Positions 41,040-50,802 of a stretch of DNA of 64,000 nt are shown here, piece by piece. Below the pieces are notes generated by a model. It saw nothing but the letters and a program-made list of their open reading frames with translations, did not search any database and was not told the DNA's origin. The stretch is taken from positions 444,373 through 508,372 of the forward strand of contig JAHDYR010000007.1 of NCBI GenBank assembly GCA_019828565.1, written 5' to 3'. Numbering within the stretch: the first letter of the stretch is position 1; each line of letters starts with the position of its first letter. The translations under genes were made by a program, and so were the position numbers. The stretch comes from Carpediemonas membranifera BICM. Taxonomy: Eukaryota; Protista; Fornicata.

Positions 41040-42377
41040 CTACTCAAACAACTCCTCGAGCTTGTCGGCTCCACAGAGGGACACCGTCCGGTCCCCGGAT
41101 TGGCCGGAGACATTGATAATGCCGTGCCGCAGCCCGTCCACCAGGTAGTCTGCGGCATCCCCGGCATTGTCGGGCAGGAAACGATGGGCGAGAGCATCGA
41201 TAGCCTCGTCAAGGGTATGTCTGGCGCGTCTATTCGACAGCGTCAAGTCGAGCATGGTGCTGATGAGCACCCCGTACGATATCTGCGACGGCTTCTTGGC
41301 AGTCTGGCTCCACTTGCTCTTGTTAAGGCTCTCAGACTTACCCAGCCCCGGCCTCCTCTCGGCCTCGGGCTGGCCGCGGCTGTGGGCCGGCACCGGGGTC
41401 GGCTCGTCACGGACGGCCGTGGGCTCCCGGCCTGGTACGAGGGAGACCCACTGGTCGCCGCCGACGCCGCCGATGTGGATGATGTTGTATCTGCGGAGGA
41501 TGTTGATGTAGTCGGGGAAGTTAGTGATGTTAAACGGCGCGAAGAGAGCAGATTTGGACGTGTGCTCGTAGAGCTTGGACGCCAGTGCTGACCGACGGAC
41601 GCGGTTGGCCATCACGAGGCAGTCCTCCTGCGTGATCATGCGCCGTATCACATGGCGGGTGTCGTTCACGGAGTTGAGCTGATCCGGCGTCATGTCCGGC
41701 AGGGTAGCCTCGGGCTTGGCGGAGCGGGGCGTGGCATCGTCCTGAGCCCAGGGGCGGCCGGGCCTCGAGGGCGTCTCGGTCGGGTTCTTCACCTTGACCC
41801 ACAGGTTGGCAGGAGCCTCGCCGCCGGTTTCAATGACGCCGCGGGCCTCAGCCTTGGCGATGTAGTCCTTGAAGTTCGACACCTTCGCCTTCGCGAGGAA
41901 ATCAGGAGACTCCCGGCGCACAGCAGCACCGAGAAGTACACGGGGGACGTAGGTCTTGACGTCTGGGCGCTTGATCTCGACCTGGCGCATGGCCTGGATG
42001 AGGGGTGCGAACATGGGGTCGACAGCATCAGACGGGGGAGACACAGCGGGCGTCCGAGACAGCTTGGGAGTAACAGAAGGAGCCTGCGTCTTCGGTGTCG
42101 GGTGCTGGGCCGGAGGGGACATGCCTGGGAGGGAAACCCACGTGGGGGAATCTGGGTTGTTCAGTATGATCGCATGGTGCTTGTCGGCGAGCTTGAGGTA
42201 GCCGATGAAGGAAGCAATACCTACACGGGCAAGATCGCTGCGGTATGTCGGGAAGGCACGGTACTGTTCAGCCACAGTGCTCGCGGGGGCACCGTTGCCG
42301 CCGGTTTCAGCCGTGATCCTCTTCACAATCTGGACGAGAGCGGAAAAATCTGGATTCTCATCTCTCAGGGGTTGCAT
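41040..42377 (-). CDS. Protein with three tandem LOTUS/OST-HTH-like winged-helix repeats
   Basis: Three copies of F..Y(I/L)..(A)....I...GG....WV.(L/V) plus a degenerate fourth; first ATG at 42377. Confidence 0.6.
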   Translation of the reverse strand: MQPLRDENPDFSALVQIVKRITAETGGNGAPASTVAEQYRAFPTYRSDLARVGIASFIGYLKLADKHHAIILNNPDSPTWVSLPGMSPPAQHPTPKTQAPSVTPKLSRTPAVSPPSDAVDPMFAPLIQAMRQVEIKRPDVKTYVPRVLLGAAVRRESPDFLAKAKVSNFKDYIAKAEARGVIETGGEAPANLWVKVKNPTETPSRPGRPWAQDDATPRSAKPEATLPDMTPDQLNSVNDTRHVIRRMITQEDCLVMANRVRRSALASKLYEHTSKSALFAPFNITNFPDYINILRRYNIIHIGGVGGDQWVSLVPGREPTAVRDEPTPVPAHSRGQPEAERRPGLGKSESLNKSKWSQTAKKPSQISYGVLISTMLDLTLSNRRARHTLDEAIDALAHRFLPDNAGDAADYLVDGLRHGIINVSGQSGDRTVSLCGADKLEELFE

Positions 42378-42699
42378 GTGTGCAGGAGATGCTTGGTTGT
42401 CCAACACTGGGTGCAATCGTGGGTGCACTTTATGTCACTCACCTTTGAGCTATTGAAGGGTCCAACAATGTGTTTATACTGCGCAACAACCTCGAATGGG
42501 ACAGCCAGGTGGCCAATACCGCGAAAATGATGAGATCTCCGCATGCACGATTCCAATTATCTCAACGTCAATCGTCTGATCAGACCGTCAACCCAACCGG
42601 GCAGCATTCTCGGCGGGCAGTGTTGTGGAACTCAACACGACGAGGAGGCATTATGAGCACTTTTGTCAAATATGATCTCCTTCCTTCTGAACTTTATGA

Positions 42700-43788
42700 T
42701 TATTCCATGCCGGTGAAGGCATCTGCGCTTCCAAGCACCAAGGATACGCCCGCCCGGACCCCGAGCGGCTCCAGCTCATGGCGTCGGAACAGTCTTGCAG
42801 TCATGCCCTTGAGCATGCTGGCGGGGAGATCGTTAGTTGCGGGGATATGGACCGTGGCCGAGACCCACGCCCCCGGGAACAGCTTCTGAGAGCACGCGAG
42901 CTTGGCCCCTTCGTTCGAGTCAATCGAAGTCTGTACCACGCTTGAGGGGGTTGCAGTATAGCTCACGCCCGCGGCGGCCGAGACCTTCTTTCTCCCCTTG
43001 AATATCACCTTTGACTTCGCCGCAAACCGAAGGGCGCGATGCCTTGCCACACCAAACAGGGACACGCTGTTCTCAGTGAGCTTGACTCCGGCCACCCTTC
43101 CTGGGGTAGCTGGGGCGTGCTGCAGGGGCTCAAGCGCGTCCTCACTGCTCGGGAAGCATGGAACTGCATCCTCGTCCGTCTGCCCGGCATCGTCCATCAT
43201 CGGCACTCTCGGCTGGACTGGGGCACACCCATCAGACCCGACGGCGACGACAACAGACGGATTCATCGCAGACTTTGACCCAAACACAGAGGTCATCAGG
43301 TCGACGTGTCGACTGGCCGACCCCGCCCGCACGGCATAGGTGAGACCCCACTGGGCCACCCCGAACGGGCTTGCCGAGGCGACTAGCTTGTGGTGCTCAG
43401 TGAGGACCTCAGCTGCCACATACCCCGCGTTCACAAGAATGTCGGGGGTGGAGATGGCGCCGAGCGCCTGGGTCCCGGTGATGAGGCTCGCCGGCCCCTT
43501 CGTGACCTTCAGGAGGGCATTAACGTAGTCGTCATTGCCAACAAAGTCCTTGACCAGCACTCCGTTCATACCGTCCCTAGCAAGGGTGTAACCCGCCCTG
43601 GGGATGTCGTGGGAGTGGAAGGGCGTGTGGTAGAAGGAGTCTAGGCTGCGGCACGGGATCCGGCCTGGGGCAATCGATCCACTGCCGCCCGCTGTTACAT
43701 GGGCCGAGTCATAGTTGGAGAATGGCGGACATGCTGTGTAAGCGCGTGGATTCGGACGAACTTCGTTCGGCGACGAGGCTAGACGCAT
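42700..43788 (-). CDS. Eukaryotic porin-family beta-barrel (Tom40/VDAC-like)
   Basis: N-terminal PNP, amphipathic beta strands, QTSIDSN..K....QKL.PG..VS, C-terminal beta-signal-like RAGVSLVL. Confidence 0.55.
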   Translation of the reverse strand: MRLASSPNEVRPNPRAYTACPPFSNYDSAHVTAGGSGSIAPGRIPCRSLDSFYHTPFHSHDIPRAGYTLARDGMNGVLVKDFVGNDDYVNALLKVTKGPASLITGTQALGAISTPDILVNAGYVAAEVLTEHHKLVASASPFGVAQWGLTYAVRAGSASRHVDLMTSVFGSKSAMNPSVVVAVGSDGCAPVQPRVPMMDDAGQTDEDAVPCFPSSEDALEPLQHAPATPGRVAGVKLTENSVSLFGVARHRALRFAAKSKVIFKGRKKVSAAAGVSYTATPSSVVQTSIDSNEGAKLACSQKLFPGAWVSATVHIPATNDLPASMLKGMTARLFRRHELEPLGVRAGVSLVLGSADAFTGME

Positions 43789-44303
43789 TCATGTCGGCAA
43801 AAACATGGTCAAATGGTGTCAGTGTGGTGCCCAGCGCTCGTTTTCCAATGTGCTCGTCCATTGCTATGGGGGCCAGCATCCGTGCTGCGTTAGAGGGCCG
43901 TGGGAGACTCACTGATCTTCACTACGGAGGCATCCTCCGTCATTGGTTCCATAAAATCAACAGATGGGCCTGATATTGAAGGGTTGCACAGTGCATTGAC
44001 GTCTCTGTATGTTTGTTCAATCGATGGATGCATTGTCGCTTTGTGGTGTTTTGACTGTCAACCGACTGCCGCCCAGGTCAGGAGTCATGCCAGAGAGTGT
44101 GCCGCGTCCATACAGGCGGTGTGTAGTGCCTTGCTGTGGTCTTAGTCGTGGCTCTTGGCTCACAGCACACTTGTCACAGTGACCAAGCTCTTTCCAACGT
44201 GCCAAATGCAATCTCGGTGGACTCGAGGTATTTGTCGACGTACGTCGTCCGCATTCGGTGTGACAACCACGGGAACAACCCTGCAAATTTACGATTGAGT
44301 AAC

Positions 44304-44655
44304 TTAACCAAGGATGATGGCAGACTTCTTCTGCTTGCGCTCAGCGCCAAGCTCGAAGTGCTTCGCGCGCTTGAGGACAACGAAGTGACGGTGCTTGCAC
44401 TTGCTGCACTCAAGACGGAGAAGGATCTTCTTCGTGGTCTTGGCCTTGTTGTGCTGAACGGGCTTGGTCTGGCCACCGAAACCCCGCTGCTTGCGCACAT
44501 AACGGCGCTGACCAAGAGCGGTATCGCGACGGGCACCAGACTTGCACTGAGTGACCTTGTGGACAGTGTGGGCGTTGTCAACGGTGCAGTGGGTCTGTGT
44601 GAGCGTTAAAAACGAGGAAACTACGAACACGGCGGGTCTTGGGGATGTTGACCAT
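44304..44655 (-). CDS. RPL36A: 60S ribosomal protein L36a/L44 (eL42); one intron 44595-44628
   Basis: Spliced MVNIPKTRR|THC; [30 protein letters not shown]; 34-nt GTTCGT..ACGCTCACACAG intron. Confidence 0.96.
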
Positions 44656-44890
44656 TGCTGGATAAGAACGGAGACGAATTGAACGACATACCGGACGAAC
44701 TTGAAAACCAGCTTTTTTATTTTCAACACCAAAAATGTCCTGCACTTTTTTAAACATTGATTCTTAATCAGTTTTAAACTGGGTGAATGGAAAGACATTT
44801 GCGGGTGCTGCGGTTGTTCTTCACCCTGTTAATGTGATGGCGAGGCTAAATCGTGAAAAAAGCCATGTTCACCTGAAGGCGTTCACGCCG

Positions 44891-47035
44891 AACTCCACGC
44901 CAAAACTGGCCATACCTTGTCACCATGTCCCCCTCCGCCGCCCGGCTGCTTTTCAGGGTCCGGCGGGCCGAGTCGTAAAGTTTCGACACATCTCGACACC
45001 TCTTGAAGCGTTTCGCGAAAGACAGCAGTAATGTCTCACCGTAAGTTCGAGGCTCCCCGCCACGGTTCCCTTGGTTTCCTTCCCCGCAAGAGATGCAAGC
45101 ACATCCGCGGCCGCGTTCGTTCCTTCCCCAAGGACATGAAGGACGCTGCTCCTCACCTTACTGGCTTCATCGGCTTCAAGGCTGGCATGACTCACGTTGT
45201 CCGCGATTCCGCTCTCTATAAGCGCGAGCTTACCGAGGCCGCTACCGTTCTCGACTGCCCTCCCATGGTCGTCATCGGCATCACCGGCTACACCATGACC
45301 CCCGCGGTCTCCGCGCCCTCACCACCGTCTGGGCCGAACACATCGCTGAGGAGGCTATCCGCCGCCAGTACAAGAACTTCTACAACTCCAAGAAGAAGGC
45401 CTTCTCCGTCCACAAGGCCAACTACGCCACCACCGAGAAGACCCGCATGGCCGAGCTCGAGCGCATGAAGAAGTACTGCTCCGTCGTCCGCGTGATCGCC
45501 CACACCCAGATGTCCAAGGTCCCCTTCTCCCAGAAGAAGGCCCACATCATGGAGATCCAGATCAACGGTGGCTCCGCCGCCGAGAAGGTCGACTTCGGCT
45601 ACGCCCTCTTCGAGAAGGAGGTCCTCGCTTCCTCTATCTTCGCCAAGGACGAGCTCGTCGACACCATCGGCGTCTCCAAGGGTAACGGCTACGAGGGCGT
45701 CACCACCCGCTGGGGCACCTCCCGCCTTCCCCGCAAGACCCGCCGTGGCCTCCGCCGCGTCGGTTGCATTGGCCCCTGGCACCCTGCCAACGTGCGCTAC
45801 TCCGTTGCCCGCTCCGGCCAGGATGGCTTCCACCACCGCACCATCACCGGCAAGCAGATCTACCGCCTCGCCGACGGCAAGGCCGCCAACTCTGCCACCA
45901 CCTCCTACGATCTCACCGACAAGGCCATCACCCCCATGGGCGGCTTCCCCCACTACGGCCAGATCAACAACGAGTTCCTCCTCGTCAAGGGCTCCGTCAT
46001 CGGCACCAGCAAGCGTGTCATCACCCTCCGCAAGGCCATCATGCCCACCAGCCGCAACATCGAGGCCGCTGACCTCAAGTTCATTGATACCAGCAGCAAG
46101 CTCGGCCACGGCAAGCACCAGACCGCTGAGGAGAAGGCTCGCTACTACAACCGCGCTTAGATCATAAACACCGGCTGACGCGTGCCACTGTCTTTACATG
46201 CCCGGGCGGGGCGCCTTTGTCGCCATCATCTGATTGATTCGTCAGCATATTTGCCGAATTCCAACACAACGATGAACATCCCGAAGGAGATGCTCGAATG
46301 GAAGACCACCGAGAGCTACATGGTTAAGCTCCACATCGCGCACAACTATATCTCCGGTGTCTTCATGGAGCAGCGCTTCCACCCCGAATGGACCGTGGAG
46401 AAGGTCAAGGACCAGGTGTACCTGCGCACGGGCACGGAGCCCGCGTTCCAGGTGCTCACGCTGCAGGACGCCAGCGGAAAGACCATCTGCACGCTTGACA
46501 ACGACGCCGCGACGCTCGCCTCGCTCGGCGCCCAGGACGGCTTCACGCTGCACTGCCAGGACACGAACCCCAACTCGCTGGCCAAGAACGGCGGCTTCGA
46601 GGACCTCAGCCAGGTCGAGAAGTACGAGATCTCTGACGAGGCGTACGAGGCGAGAGACAACTCGTACCGCGCCTGGAAGAAGAAGCTCGAGCGCGAGGAG
46701 CCCAACCACCCCTGGCTCGTCAAGATCCGCAACATGAAGGAGAACAAGACCGACGAGGAGGAGGCCAAGCACATCCACGTCGGCGACCGCGTCGAGGTCC
46801 TTGGTGGCCGCCGCGGCACCGTCCGCTTCGTCGGCGTCGTGCCCGAGATCAAGTCTGGCTGGTGGGTCGGCATCGAGTACGACGAGCCCAGCGGCAAGCA
46901 CGACGGTGTGGTCAAGGGCAAGCGCTACTTCGACGCGGCCCCCATGTGCGGCGGCTTTATGCGGCCCAGCGCAGTCAAGGTGGGCGACTTCCCCCCGCTC
47001 GGCCTCGACGACCTCGAGGACGACGACGAGTTGTA
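44891..47035. repeat. Right arm of 2.15-kb inverted duplication (uL3 + TBCB)
   Basis: Matches the reverse complement of 38750-40895. Confidence 0.95.
45031..46160 (+). pseudogene. RPL3: uL3 copy 2 with a 1-nt deletion (C5 vs C6 at 45299-45303): real frameshift or sequencing error
   Basis: Split into two ORFs; otherwise apparently identical to 39625-40755. Confidence 0.5.
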
Positions 47036-47036
47036 G
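46272..47036 (+). CDS. TBCB: Tubulin-folding cofactor B, copy 2
   Basis: Protein identical to copy 1; stop TAG vs TAA. Confidence 0.93.
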   Translation: MNIPKEMLEWKTTESYMVKLHIAHNYISGVFMEQRFHPEWTVEKVKDQVYLRTGTEPAFQVLTLQDASGKTICTLDNDAATLASLGAQDGFTLHCQDTNPNSLAKNGGFEDLSQVEKYEISDEAYEARDNSYRAWKKKLEREEPNHPWLVKIRNMKENKTDEEEAKHIHVGDRVEVLGGRRGTVRFVGVVPEIKSGWWVGIEYDEPSGKHDGVVKGKRYFDAAPMCGGFMRPSAVKVGDFPPLGLDDLEDDDEL

Positions 47037-47223
47037 ATTAAAGGTTCATTTTTTTCTGTGCGACTATGCCGATTTCCGAGAACGACCAGGCCTCGATGCA
47101 ATGATACAGACGTGTTTACATTGCTGGCAATCGTTGACTGGGCTATATCTTGTCACTCGATGGCAGAGTCACAGTTTTGGTCTTTTCTGGCAAAACAATC
47201 GTGGTTTAAGAAGAAGGCGAATA

Positions 47224-48864
47224 ATGAGGCACGGCTACCCAATGGCACAGATTGTGCGCATATTACGAGATTGCTTCAACGGATCGAATGGCGATATCGT
47301 CTTCCAGTCCCCCAAAGCACCACTTCTCGCCAGCGAGCTCGAATACTCGCACAGAGGCGATCAGGAGTCCGTCAGATATGTTACCATGATTGCCAACAAC
47401 TATGTTGATACCATCCAGCGAAACAAGACCTCTGTACCCCAGCACATCCGCCCTCTCGTTGCTCTCGAGCTCGACTCCGCCCTTGAGCGCGTGCTCAACG
47501 CTCCCTTGGCACTCAAAGACATACGCACAGCCTGCGCCTCGATCTCTCATCAGCTGTTTGAGATCAACCTCACACTCAACCGCCTGGGGAGCGGCGGGGT
47601 CCTGCCCCCAACGTCCCTCGCTCGATCCATCGCTGCCGTGGAGCAGGAACCGTTCTGGAATGCCGTGGACTTGTGGCTGACCAAGGGAACGGTGGATACT
47701 TTCCTCCCAGTCCTGGACGACCAATCGGCCTCTTGGCGGACCCGGTTCAAGTCCAAGGGCGCCTGGCCCGTCCATCGGGAGACGGCGACGGCCATTGTCG
47801 AGTGCGGCAGGGATGTGGCGTTCCTCAGACACCAGTGCGGGGTGACTACAGACCTCAAGGCGGCCATCCCCGCGACTGATCTCCCCACCCTCGCCAAGGC
47901 CGACATCCTCGAGGCCCGCGTCCGTGCTCTGGGGCAGGAGGCCAGCAGGGCCGCGGCATCCACACTCGAGGCGTGGATACAGACTGTGTTCTCAGTTGAG
48001 CGGCGCTGCACGCTGTCCGACGCCATTTGGGCTCTCGACATCGTCCATGTGCACCTCGGCCAGCACAGCTACTCGGGACTCCGCGACGCCATGTATGACA
48101 CGAACCAGAGATGCGCTGGCCCAACGATGGCGCTGGTTGTCGGCGAGGATGAGCTCCTCGATGCGACACCGACTTGGACCATCGCTTGGGAAGTGCCGGA
48201 GAACGTCCCGCCGGCAGTCCGGCAGATTGAGGCGGAGGCTAGGCCGCATCTTACGGCGATTTTTGATCTCTGTAGGAGCGCTATGGCTGAATTTGTTGAA
48301 ATCCGCGAGATCCGGCGAGATCTTGTACGAATCTGCCGTCGAATCCCCCGCCATCGCCTAAGTCGTGCCGCCGCTGTCGTCCATGGCGTGGAGACGGTGC
48401 TCTCGGCGGCGTGGCGGGATTTGGGGGCCAGACTCGACAGTCATCGGTCAGCGTTCGTTCGACAAATGCGGCTGACGACAGGCGTTGACGACCTCTTGAA
48501 CAGACTCAACTCCCACTTTACAGTCCAGCACTCGACATGCGAGGCACACTGGCAGTCGCTGACAGCGGTCACTGATTTCATCGAGCGTTTTAAGGAGCAG
48601 CTTACGAAAGAAATGAGCAGGCTGGACAAGGCGCTGGACCAATCACCGGCCGCCCTTTACCACAAGTCCGATTGGGCAGAGAAGGCGTCGACGGATGCTG
48701 AAATCGCCGCCATCGCAGACTCACTGACTGACTTGATTGTCTCTGCGAATACGAGCTTCACCACGGCCTTTATTGAGTACTGCCAAGCTCGGGGTGTGCC
48801 GTTTGGGCTGGAGGAGTACATGGCCAGACTGCGGGGCGACGGCATGGAGATCAGCTTCGTGTGA
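47224..48864 (+). CDS. Divergent gamma-tubulin complex component (Spc97/Spc98 family)
   Basis: PFWNAVDLWLTKG and A.AIVECGRDVAFLR match GRIP1-domain P...L..WI..G and A..IL..GK...FLR motifs. Confidence 0.6.
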   Translation: MRHGYPMAQIVRILRDCFNGSNGDIVFQSPKAPLLASELEYSHRGDQESVRYVTMIANNYVDTIQRNKTSVPQHIRPLVALELDSALERVLNAPLALKDIRTACASISHQLFEINLTLNRLGSGGVLPPTSLARSIAAVEQEPFWNAVDLWLTKGTVDTFLPVLDDQSASWRTRFKSKGAWPVHRETATAIVECGRDVAFLRHQCGVTTDLKAAIPATDLPTLAKADILEARVRALGQEASRAAASTLEAWIQTVFSVERRCTLSDAIWALDIVHVHLGQHSYSGLRDAMYDTNQRCAGPTMALVVGEDELLDATPTWTIAWEVPENVPPAVRQIEAEARPHLTAIFDLCRSAMAEFVEIREIRRDLVRICRRIPRHRLSRAAAVVHGVETVLSAAWRDLGARLDSHRSAFVRQMRLTTGVDDLLNRLNSHFTVQHSTCEAHWQSLTAVTDFIERFKEQLTKEMSRLDKALDQSPAALYHKSDWAEKASTDAEIAAIADSLTDLIVSANTSFTTAFIEYCQARGVPFGLEEYMARLRGDGMEISFV

Positions 48865-49036
48865 AAGCGGGTCACGGTTTCCAGACTAGACGAGCTCGTA
48901 AACAAGATGTTGTTTATATGGTTAGACATCATGCATTGATCGTTCGCAGACAGGCGCCACTGGTGATGGCAGTCGACAGCTTGGAGAAAGAAGTAAAGAG
49001 AAAGGGAGCAAAGGGTTTATAGGGAAGCGGAAAGCG

Positions 49037-49075
49037 TTGATGTTGTTAACTTTTGGTGTCTTTTGACACCGTTTT
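49037..49075 (-). promoter_or_regulatory. Histone H2B 3' stem-loop (49055-49070) plus downstream element CAACAUCAA (49037-49045)
   Basis: Hairpin identical to the H2A one, 21 nt after the stop. Confidence 0.85.
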
Positions 49076-49091
49076 AGATTGATTGTTTGAC

Positions 49092-49469
49092 TTATTCCTC
49101 GTCAGCCGCGTTGGACTGGTACTTGGTGATGGACTTAGTACCCTCGGAGATGGCGTGGCGGGAGAGCTCGCCGGGGAGGACAAGGCGGCAGGCAGAGTGG
49201 ATCTCGCGGGAGGAGAGGGTGGAGCGCTTGTTGAGGCGAGCAAGGCGGCCAGCCTCCTCGGCGATGCGCTCGAAGAGATCGACGACAAGGGAGTCCATGA
49301 CGTTCATGCCCTTGGTGGAGATACCGAAGTCGGGGTGGACCTGGCGGAGAACACGGTAGATGTACGAGTGGTAGGTCTCCTTGCGAGCCTTCTTGCGGGC
49401 GGGGCCCTCGTGGGTCTTCTCGACCTTCTCGGCAGCGGGCTTAGTTTCCTTCTTTTCCTTGGGAGCCAT
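49092..49469 (-). CDS. H2B: Histone H2B
   Basis: [47 protein letters not shown]. Confidence 0.98.
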   Translation of the reverse strand: MAPKEKKETKPAAEKVEKTHEGPARKKARKETYHSYIYRVLRQVHPDFGISTKGMNVMDSLVVDLFERIAEEAGRLARLNKRSTLSSREIHSACRLVLPGELSRHAISEGTKSITKYQSNAADEE

Positions 49470-49536
49470 TATGTTACTCTCGAATAGCGGATGCTAAGTG
49501 GTTCCTCCAGAATTAGTATACAACAAATTTGCAACT

Positions 49537-49580
49537 ACTTTGTCAAATAGAGCTCAGTTTATGGCTTTGAAAATTTGAAA
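49537..49580 (-). promoter_or_regulatory. 44-bp histone upstream element (H2B copy)
   Basis: 41/44 identical to 10117-10160, same 68-nt spacing from the ATG. Confidence 0.85.
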
Positions 49581-50030
49581 CGAAAAGCAACAAGAACACC
49601 GCGCTAAAAGAAGGAATGGAGATTGAACGCGAGGAATGAACTAAATACGTTGTGTTTATCATAGTTTCATGTCGGTTGCAGACGCATTACATTCCACATG
49701 GACAGTTTGCATGGTGATGTCGAGGAAATCCTTCTAGTAAGTCTTGGAACAGAAGTTTACGGGTAAATGAACGTTTCCTGCTCCTTAGTTTCCATACACA
49801 TGACCTGAGGCTGCGCGAAATCATCTCCTGTTGGAGAACGCCGCGTCAATAGGATCATTCGCTTCGTTCGACACCACAACGCGTGGACAACGGCTGAACC
49901 CGTGTCAGTAGAGCACGACATAACCATCATGAACGACACTGGACTTCTTTATGCCCTATCTACACCGGCCTCGGCAGTCGGCCAGCCCCTTCCATCTATG
50001 GACGCCACACGGAGACACCCGGGACACCGC

Positions 50031-50621
50031 TCACAGGATCCCGTCTAACACTGGCTCGTCTGCGTTGAAGCTGCTACCGCTGCTCTCAAGCTCGCTGGCG
50101 TCGACAACCTCGTCAGCGCCAGCCCACAGGAAGGAGAACTCGCTCACATTCGCACTAAGGTCCTGTCTTAGCTCATCGCAGCCAACGCACATGCCCTCGT
50201 CTTGGTTGGGCGCGTTGTCTTCCTTGGCCAGGACGTAAAAGTCCGTCTGGACCTCCGCCTCGGACTCGTTCACGGCAGAGACGTCTGGGGCTGAGTCGGG
50301 GAGTGTGTAGTCGTATAGTGCGTACGTGCTTGGGTTGTCTGTTCCTCCTTGTGGGAGCTCCTCGAGCATCTCGTTTTGAGAAGCGCACAAGTCTGGTTGG
50401 GACGCAGAAAGAGAGACACGATTGATGTCCTTAAGAAGTGAAATGTCCGACTTCAAAATGCTGAAACTTCCTGAACGATGCATCCTGTCAACACGACGGA
50501 AAGAGCGAAAAGACTCGTTATCAGCGCAACGAGCTCTTTTGGACCAATTGACGGTAAGATAGTCAATCGGAAGCTGGTGTGCTTTCCGTTTTACGCGTAT
50601 AATGGTCCGGGACGGATCCAT
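50031..50621 (-). CDS. Iwr1/SLC7A6OS-like protein
   Basis: N-terminal IIRVKRK....P.D.L and an acidic region with DFY. Confidence 0.45.
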   Translation of the reverse strand: MDPSRTIIRVKRKAHQLPIDYLTVNWSKRARCADNESFRSFRRVDRMHRSGSFSILKSDISLLKDINRVSLSASQPDLCASQNEMLEELPQGGTDNPSTYALYDYTLPDSAPDVSAVNESEAEVQTDFYVLAKEDNAPNQDEGMCVGCDELRQDLSANVSEFSFLWAGADEVVDASELESSGSSFNADEPVLDGIL

Positions 50622-50802
50622 TGCCGAGCTGGAAATGAATGAACGCGTTTTGAGTTTTAGCAGTAAACTGCGAAATAGGGAATCTGGTCCGCCTCGTCAG
50701 ACATAAGAGTATCACGCCTCGGCGAGGCATTGTTGGCGCTTTTCTGCCTTTCCCGCCCGTTTTCTTATAATGCGTGAATAACATCGGCGCAACATTGATA
50801 GA

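Noticed and set aside
46161-46271. GCTGACG...CGTCAGC inverted repeat between uL3 and TBCB as a possible snoRNA
   Set aside because: Box C and box D are not both present on one strand; only a 7-bp stem.
46801-47223. Apparent 687-aa ORF overlapping TBCB copy 2
   Set aside because: Starts at a non-ATG codon in a shadow frame of TBCB; the plausible start is ATG 47224 or 47242.
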